Origin: a virus
Lineage: Duplodnaviria; Caudoviricetes
Length of the DNA: 64,000 bases
Virus record (IMG/VR): IMGVR_UViG_2756170261_000003
Coordinates: 33,021 to 97,020 of that record
Reading direction: 5' to 3' (one strand)
Position numbers and translations under genes: made by a program. The notes under the pieces were generated by a model. It ran no database searches. It had not been told where the DNA came from and saw only the letters and a list, made by a program, of their open reading frames with translations. Below are positions 58,100 to 64,000 of this stretch, one piece after another (position 1 is the stretch's first letter; each line of letters begins with the position of its first letter).

Positions 58100-58591
58100 A
58101 TGAAAGAATATTCAATCCGCCTGCCGGGCGACATAGTGCGCTCCATCATCGACGGCGACCGCACCAGCCTGATTCATCCCGCCGCGCCGCCGGCACTTAA
58201 ATGCCCGTTCGGCCAGGTGGGCCAGCCCATTTGGGTGAAAGAAACCTACACCCCCATGCATGAGGGCGTAACCACCCGGGAGGGCATCGCGTACCGCGCC
58301 GATTTTCTGGACGATCCGCACGGCCCCGATGGCGAGCTTTCCCGGGAGGGCAAGTACCGATTCTGGAAGCCATCTTCGACCATGCCGAAGTGGGCCAGCC
58401 GCCTCATTCTGTACCCGACCCGAATCCGCGCCATGACTTTGAGCGCCGTCGCCAAGGAAGACGGATACGGGGAAGACCTCATTTCACCCGAACCCAAAAT
58501 ACCGCCCACCGGCTCCCTATTCGAGAGCGAACCCGAGGATGACCCGCTGGTTTGGGCGGTCGATTTCACCAAGGAACTACTAAAGCCATGA
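58100..58591 (+). CDS. ASCH/PUA-like phage protein
   Basis: CPFGQVGQPIWVKET, WKPS..MPKWASR, P.VWAVDF. Confidence 0.7.
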   Translation: MKEYSIRLPGDIVRSIIDGDRTSLIHPAAPPALKCPFGQVGQPIWVKETYTPMHEGVTTREGIAYRADFLDDPHGPDGELSREGKYRFWKPSSTMPKWASRLILYPTRIRAMTLSAVAKEDGYGEDLISPEPKIPPTGSLFESEPEDDPLVWAVDFTKELLKP

Positions 58592-58983
58592 GCAAAAGCA
58601 AATTTCACGCCATCACAATATCCGCCGGCCAAATCCTGAAAGAGGTTTGCCACACCGCATCGGTGGATGCCGGATGGTGGCAAGACCGCGACGGGAAGCC
58701 ACTCACTGACAACCCGTACTGTTTCAGCAACAAGCTGATGCTGTCCGTATCGGAACTGTCCGAGGCCATGGAAGGCGACCGCAAGGGCCTCATGGATGAC
58801 CACTTGCCGCACCGCCCCATGCGAGAGGTTGAACTGGCCGACGCCGTTATTCGCATCTTCGATCTGGCCGGGGCCTACGAACTGGACATTGCCGGGGCCA
58901 TTGCTGAAAAGCTGGCCTACAACCAGCAGCGCGCTGACCACAAGCCCGAGAATCGCGCCAAGGTCGGCGGCAAGTCCTACTGA
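58588..58983 (+). CDS. MazG-like NTP pyrophosphohydrolase
   Basis: SELSEAMEGDRK...EVELADAVIRIFDL...EKLAYN. Confidence 0.8.
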   Translation: MSKSKFHAITISAGQILKEVCHTASVDAGWWQDRDGKPLTDNPYCFSNKLMLSVSELSEAMEGDRKGLMDDHLPHRPMREVELADAVIRIFDLAGAYELDIAGAIAEKLAYNQQRADHKPENRAKVGGKSY

Positions 58984-59060
58984 TCATGCGGTTTCCATTC
59001 AACCAGACCACCATAACCCAGCGCGCGCAACGCGCGTATTTGCAGAAGGCAGAGAAAGCC

Positions 59061-59414
59061 ATGAATCAAGTTTTATCCCGAGCCGAGGCGAAGGCCGCCG
59101 ACCCCGTGGACATTGCCCGCGCAGACCCGAACTACAACAGCCTGCGCGACGTGCTGGACGCCGCCTTGCTGCAGGCCCAGGGCGGCAAAGGTGCCGAGCG
59201 CCACGCCAAGGGCGATCCGTTCGAAAGCCAGCGCATGCAGTCCATATCCCGCCTGCTGGGTTCGGAACGAGGCATGGCCTATCAGGCATGCAAGAAAGTG
59301 GCCGAGGGCCTTGATCTTCCGACCCACCAGGCGCGCGTGAAGGAACTGCTGGGCGCGATCAACTACATCGCCGGCATCGTGATTTATCTGGAAGCCGACC
59401 AGAAAGGAGATTGA
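59061..59414 (+). CDS. All-alpha hypothetical phage protein
   Basis: GKGAERHA, QACKK..E, ELLGAINY. Confidence 0.65.
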   Translation: MNQVLSRAEAKAADPVDIARADPNYNSLRDVLDAALLQAQGGKGAERHAKGDPFESQRMQSISRLLGSERGMAYQACKKVAEGLDLPTHQARVKELLGAINYIAGIVIYLEADQKGD

Positions 59415-59415
59415 T

Positions 59416-60738
59416 ATGCCAACCGATAACAAGGAACTGCGCCTGTCTGCGCCCGCGCAAGTGGGCGGCATCCGATTCGGCGTCAATGTCGCTTGGCGCA
59501 CGGTAATTGAGGCGGCGCAGCGCCATTACAAATACATGATGGAGCCGGAGCGCGAAGAGGCGCGTATCAAGGTCGCTGGCGAGTTCGTGAAAAGGCTACG
59601 TGAGTCCGCAACAGCATATGCGCCCCCGATCACTCCCCAGGAATCGGATGCACGGGAGCTTCAAGCAGCCCGCGACATGCTTGAATCCGCCCGACAGGAG
59701 CTGCGGGAGATTCGCGCGGCGCTAGGTGTTTCGTATGAGCCTCACCAGAACCTGCACGAACGAACCCTTGACGCCGCCCGGCGCGGCGCGCCTGATGGCG
59801 ATATTGTGGACAGCCAAGAGCGGATACTTGACGCGGCCAAGCATTGGGCGGAACAGCGAGACATTGGCCCGGCGCATGCAAAAGCGGCATGGGCGGACTT
59901 TCAGCTACGTGTTCAGGCGGAATTGAACTACACCCATGCCATCGCATCAGATCCACAGGAAGAGGTGGGCGAAGAGCGCCGCGACGAGCACCCCGATGAT
60001 GTTGCCGTGCAAGCCTTCGCCCAGGCAATGAAGTCCAAACTGGCAAAGAAGCGCGCCGATGGGCGCGGCGGCTGGCAACAATGCGACGCCAACACCCTGT
60101 CATCCATGCTTTCCGATCACGTCGCAAAGGGCGATCCCGTTGACGTGGCGAACCTTGCCATGATGCTGCACCAAAACGGGCAGTCGATTTGCCGCACCAG
60201 CGATTTTTCAGAAGGCGTGAATATCGAAAGGTTGCGCCGCGCTATGGCCGCGCAAGGCATTGCCGCGCCGGAATCTCTGGAAGAGTTGGCCGCCACCCTG
60301 GCTAGGCACGTCAACGCACTGACACTGGCGATTGCCGAGAAAAAGCACAAGTGCGACGGCAACCACGGCGGCCCACGCTGCGCAGACCCTGAATGCTGGA
60401 ACGACAGCCCGGCTGATCCGATGTTCTGGTACCGCCCGCGATCTGACGGCGGGTATGAGGGGCCGCTGCACAACTCAAGCATTGAAGAAGTGCGCAAGCG
60501 GTCTGGCGCATGGGTTCCGCTGTTCGCTGGTCGCGCGCCAGGAACAGCGCCAGACAGCGGCACTGACTCCCTGAAATCCGCGCTGCGGCCTTTCTCGGAA
60601 GAATTCAAGCAGTGGGATGGCGTCGGCTGCTGGGATTCCATGACGCTTGATGAAATGTTCAGCCACGCACCAGGGGAAACCGCCGGCATAACCTTCGCGG
60701 ACTTGAGACGCGCCAACGAGCTACTGGAGAAATCATGA
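59416..60738 (+). CDS. Mosaic early protein containing a KGDPVDVAN domain
   Basis: HPDD.AV..F..AMK.KL...R..GRGGW...KGDPVDVAN.AMM. Confidence 0.7.
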   Translation: MPTDNKELRLSAPAQVGGIRFGVNVAWRTVIEAAQRHYKYMMEPEREEARIKVAGEFVKRLRESATAYAPPITPQESDARELQAARDMLESARQELREIRAALGVSYEPHQNLHERTLDAARRGAPDGDIVDSQERILDAAKHWAEQRDIGPAHAKAAWADFQLRVQAELNYTHAIASDPQEEVGEERRDEHPDDVAVQAFAQAMKSKLAKKRADGRGGWQQCDANTLSSMLSDHVAKGDPVDVANLAMMLHQNGQSICRTSDFSEGVNIERLRRAMAAQGIAAPESLEELAATLARHVNALTLAIAEKKHKCDGNHGGPRCADPECWNDSPADPMFWYRPRSDGGYEGPLHNSSIEEVRKRSGAWVPLFAGRAPGTAPDSGTDSLKSALRPFSEEFKQWDGVGCWDSMTLDEMFSHAPGETAGITFADLRRANELLEKS

Positions 60739-60834
60739 GCGAAGCTATCGCCTGGGCGAATGCCCTTTCTTTGCCGGGAGCCATTGCCGTAGCCGGCGCA
60801 CTAATCGCCCTGGCGATACTCCTAAAGTAGCCTG

Positions 60835-60996
60835 TCAATCGGGCTGTGCCAGCACGATGCTGTCGTTTCCCGAGACGTTGGCTAGCGGGTTTCTGCCCTC
60901 GCATCCGGGGCAGATGAAATGGCAGCCGTCATTGTCCACTTCCGGCTCTACGGCCTGGAACATCACTTCAAGCCCGCAGTGCATGCATTTCCACAT
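60835..60996 (-). CDS. Counter-oriented small Zn-ribbon protein
   Basis: MWKCMHC...FICPGC; GGGGGA RBS; 53 aa. Confidence 0.6.
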   Translation of the reverse strand: MWKCMHCGLEVMFQAVEPEVDNDGCHFICPGCEGRNPLANVSGNDSIVLAQPD

Positions 60997-61045
60997 AGCA
61001 ATCCCCCGAAGTAGGGGGATCATCATAGCGCCATCGAGGTAAACC

Positions 61046-61441
61046 ATGAAAGCCCTTTCCATACGCCAGCCCTGGGCCTGGCTGATTGTCCACGGCCACA
61101 AGCCAATCGAAAACCGATCATGGCGGACTACCTACCGTGGCCCGCTGCTTATTCACGCCGCCCAGGGCATGACACGCGCCGAATATGAAGACGCCCGAGA
61201 CCTGGCCGAACAGCTTGGCATCACGATCCCGGCGTTTGACGCCCTTGAGCGCGGCGGGATCGTCGGGCAGGCCACCGTTACTGGGTGCGTGGATGACAGC
61301 GAATCGCCCTGGTTCTTCGGCAAGTACGGGTTTGAACTGGCTGATGCAAAGCCGCTTCCATTCACGCCAATGCGTGGCCGCCTAAGCATTTTTGAAGCGC
61401 CTGGCAGTGCGCCAACGCACGGAATGGAAACAAACGGATGA
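61046..61441 (+). CDS. ASCH-domain protein
   Basis: MKALSIRQPWAWLIVHGHKPIENR. Confidence 0.9.
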   Translation: MKALSIRQPWAWLIVHGHKPIENRSWRTTYRGPLLIHAAQGMTRAEYEDARDLAEQLGITIPAFDALERGGIVGQATVTGCVDDSESPWFFGKYGFELADAKPLPFTPMRGRLSIFEAPGSAPTHGMETNG

Positions 61442-61728
61442 AAAATTCAGACAGAAACCACCTCCGACGCCTGCTTGGCTGGGTGCGCTGCGAGATAGGT
61501 CAATCACCGGACGAGTTGGTGGCAACGGTTAAATCCATAGCGCCCGCTATCGGTGACATTGACGACGCCGCCAAGCGCCGCATGGTCGAAGCCCATGACA
61601 AGGCCCGGAATGTTCCGATCTATGTCCGCCAGGCCGTCAAGCAACTGGATAGATATGTAAACAAAATCGGGGAGGTGGTCGATTCCCCGGAACTGGGCCG
61701 GATAGCGCCGCCGGAGAAAGAAAAATGA
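61438..61728 (+). CDS. Hypothetical protein
   Basis: ATGA-coupled. Confidence 0.6.
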   Translation: MKNSDRNHLRRLLGWVRCEIGQSPDELVATVKSIAPAIGDIDDAAKRRMVEAHDKARNVPIYVRQAVKQLDRYVNKIGEVVDSPELGRIAPPEKEK

Positions 61729-62075
61729 TCAACACCAATTTTCTGAAACACCAAATCGGGAATGCCCTGCGCGCGAACAAGGAGATTCAAGACACCCTCA
61801 AATGCCTTGAATCTCTGGTGGACAGCATCCGACCCGACGATATGGCCGCCGTCATTATTGAAATGCAGCGCCTGCTCATGCCGCTGGGGCTGTGCATCAT
61901 CCACAGACACACCCTGGCGGACATTGCCACCATCGTCACATACGCCGAAGAAATGGATGAAGAGGGCTTGAGCACTACCGAACTGGCGCAAATATCCGAG
62001 CGAGTTGAAAAATCGCTGCGGCCGGAATTCCCCGAAGCCCTGTTGACGCAACCAAGAAAACAAGGAACAGCATGA
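61725..62075 (+). CDS. Hypothetical protein
   Basis: ATGA-coupled. Confidence 0.6.
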   Translation: MINTNFLKHQIGNALRANKEIQDTLKCLESLVDSIRPDDMAAVIIEMQRLLMPLGLCIIHRHTLADIATIVTYAEEMDEEGLSTTELAQISERVEKSLRPEFPEALLTQPRKQGTA

Positions 62076-62497
62076 AAAACAATCCCCAAACGCTGCACGT
62101 AATGCGCAGCGATGCCGACGCCATGAACGCCCGCACCGAGGTGGTTCTGGCCGCCGTGGACGGCGCAATCGCCTTCGGACGGCTCAATGTCAACCAGCCG
62201 CCCAGCGGCACGCACTGGCTGGCGCGATTCTGGAACATGGGCCGAAAGCTGGCCGAACTGGAAGGCGAAAAGCAACCGCCTGCCGAAGAATGCGCAGCCA
62301 CCGGGCAGGGCTGCTCAACCGGCCCCCATGGGCCAAACGGTGAAGAGCAATGCCGGTACTGCGGCGAAGAGTCAGACGCCGAGGCCGCATGCCGGGAAGC
62401 CTACGACAACACCTATCACAAGGTGCCGGCTGAAATCAGCTACGACCGCTGGCGCTACGTCTGGATGAAGGCCCGCGAATCGCTGGCCAGGAAGTAG
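62072..62497 (+). CDS. Hypothetical protein
   Basis: ATGA-coupled; Cys motif. Confidence 0.6.
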   Translation: MKNNPQTLHVMRSDADAMNARTEVVLAAVDGAIAFGRLNVNQPPSGTHWLARFWNMGRKLAELEGEKQPPAEECAATGQGCSTGPHGPNGEEQCRYCGEESDAEAACREAYDNTYHKVPAEISYDRWRYVWMKARESLARK

Positions 62498-62501
62498 CGA
62501 C

Positions 62502-62798
62502 ATGGCGGACAGCAACAAAAAACACTATCCGAGGCTGTACCGCGAAGAATTCGAGCTGGCCCGCGCAACCCTTTCCCCGCGCAAGGGCGCGCTGGAATGG
62601 AGCCGGGCCGACTACGAGGCATTCACCTATGTGGAGCCAGGCGTTCGGCTGGTTTTCTACCCGCACCGCACCAGCGCCGGGAATTACCACATTCGAATCC
62701 GCGACAGCAACAGCAAAGACGCCGCGCTGGCCGACCGGCTCATGCGAGAACTGGACAAGGCAGCGGGATACAACCGCACATTCAGCAGGAAAATGTAA
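62502..62798 (+). CDS. Hypothetical protein
   Basis: LVFYPHRTSAGNYHIRIRD. Confidence 0.6.
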   Translation: MADSNKKHYPRLYREEFELARATLSPRKGALEWSRADYEAFTYVEPGVRLVFYPHRTSAGNYHIRIRDSNSKDAALADRLMRELDKAAGYNRTFSRKM

Positions 62799-63214
62799 TG
62801 GAACAAACAACGAAAGCAGCGCTGGTCGCGCCAGACTGCTATAGCCTGAACGGCGAAGATTATCACCACGGGGGTATTGGCGATGCCCTGGATAGCATGG
62901 CAAGCGACGAGGGAGGCTTGGTAGTCGGGCGCGTGTACTGGCTCGCGGTATCCAAATCCCCAAAGCCATCCAGTTTTTTCAACGTCGATACACTGCTCGA
63001 AGACATACAGTGCCGGGCCTGCGACGAAGGCGGGGAATACGCGGAAGATTTCCTAACCGACCTGCCTGACGAAAAGGCAGAGGAACTACGCGCCCTGGTG
63101 TCAAACTGGCTTGATGCCAATGTCACGGTTGGGTTTTTCACCGTGACAAACGCCACTGAACAGACAGTCACGCCCGAGGACATTAAGGAAATGGAGTGCG
63201 CCAATGGAAAATAG
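62798..63214 (+). CDS. Acidic hypothetical protein
   Basis: TAATG overlap; start at MEQTT. Confidence 0.6.
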   Translation: MEQTTKAALVAPDCYSLNGEDYHHGGIGDALDSMASDEGGLVVGRVYWLAVSKSPKPSSFFNVDTLLEDIQCRACDEGGEYAEDFLTDLPDEKAEELRALVSNWLDANVTVGFFTVTNATEQTVTPEDIKEMECANGK

Positions 63215-63581
63215 CATCACGCCCGGCAGCACCTTCGAAGTCGCCTATCCGTTTGTTCGCTGCGAGGTTGAAGTCATGACAGATGACGGCCTGAACACCA
63301 TCCAAAGCTGGAAGCCGGGCCACCAAGAGGATGAATACGGCGAACCGTTCGCTCACGGCGAAGGGAAGATGATTCTCGATGTGGTGGACGTGTTCCAGCC
63401 AGGCCTGCGCACCGACATACCCGGATACCCGCACAAGAAGTACCCAAAGCGGGTTTTCTACCTGCGGCGGTTCGTGACGCCGGACGGGGTTGAGTTCGGC
63501 AAGACCGGCCTGCGGATAGCTACGGAAGCGGTATTCAAGCGGATTGCCGGCGGCTACATGCATGAATACGAGGTGGCCTGA
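63204..63581 (+). CDS. Hypothetical protein
   Basis: GGAG RBS, 125 aa. Confidence 0.6.
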   Translation: MENSITPGSTFEVAYPFVRCEVEVMTDDGLNTIQSWKPGHQEDEYGEPFAHGEGKMILDVVDVFQPGLRTDIPGYPHKKYPKRVFYLRRFVTPDGVEFGKTGLRIATEAVFKRIAGGYMHEYEVA

Positions 63582-63715
63582 CCGGATGCCGCCGAAGAAG
63601 GAAAAGGCGGGGCCGGCCACGGGGTCTGATCGACTCTACTGGACATGGGGCCTACGCCAACACACAGACACACCAAGCGCCCGCCCGGGCGCTTTTCAAT
63701 TCATGGAGTCTTGCA

Positions 63716-64000
63716 ATGCAAGTTGAAGACGTGCAAAGCCTTGCGAGAGAAATTGCCGCCCGCATGGCTCCCGACGCCCTGCTGGACGCCGAAGACGTTG
63801 CGGCGATCCTGAAATGCACCGCCAAGTACGTTACCTCGCAGTACGCCATCACGCCGGGCTTCCCCGGAGCCATTCGCCTTACCGGCCCTGGCGACCGGCG
63901 CAGCAAGCCGCGCTGGAAGCGTAGCGATATAATGGCCTGGATCGACTCCCATCAGGGCGGCAGGTCGAAGCGCGGCGGCAGGCCAAGGAATGCAGACTAA
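63716..64000 (+). CDS. Excisionase/AlpA-like protein
   Basis: LLDAEDVAAIL...PGFP.AIRL...RWKRSDIMAW; last gene of the pL arm. Confidence 0.8.
   Translation: MQVEDVQSLAREIAARMAPDALLDAEDVAAILKCTAKYVTSQYAITPGFPGAIRLTGPGDRRSKPRWKRSDIMAWIDSHQGGRSKRGGRPRNAD

Larger units (their letters stand above)
1..64000. mobile_element. Temperate prophage: P1-like contractile-tail virion module plus lambdoid immunity/replication/recombination module; extends beyond both window ends
   Basis: Continuous phage gene content across the window; divergent cro/cI; excisionase at the right edge; tape measure truncated at the left edge. Confidence 0.93.

Noticed and set aside
1-64000. CRISPR array, reverse transcriptase, integrase, lysis cassette, P1 repA/parAB/cre
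   Set aside because: None recognised in the sequence or ORF track; they may lie outside the window

Overview
This window is about 64 kb of one GC-rich temperate myovirus-type prophage. The SSB and RdgC sequences suggest a betaproteobacterial host, probably Alcaligenaceae (inference). The left half (1-33.3 kb, minus strand) is a P1-like virion module: tape measure (cut by the window edge) carrying a VgrG3-type muramidase, portal, an antirestriction cassette hdf-darA-darB-ulx, spike, hub, tube, sheath, major capsid, prohead protease and terminase. The right half is lambdoid: a cro/cI switch with 3+3 17-bp operators, cII-like, replication and nin-like genes, an immunity-region accessory block (LprI-type inhibitor, J-domain protein, Arc-like), pL with boxA, RecT/YqaJ, SSB, a beta-clamp-like gene, RdgC-FtsK-gamma, methyltransferases and an excisionase at the right edge. 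No P1 plasmid functions (repA/parAB/cre) were recognised. The main signals not explained by gene calls are five: (1) a six-copy late promoter, GGAAAA-N29-(-10), with invariant spacing; (2) an Mtd/CLec-type DGR target (variable region plus hairpin) in the early region, with no reverse transcriptase or template region in the window; (3) a possible muramidase/inhibitor pair formed by the tail VgrG3-like domain and the cI-operon LprI protein; (4) a tRNA-like/structured RNA cluster; (5) a symmetric repeat array in terS (candidate pac) and a candidate +1 frameshift in a tail chaperone. All family assignments come from motif recognition by eye; no database search was run.
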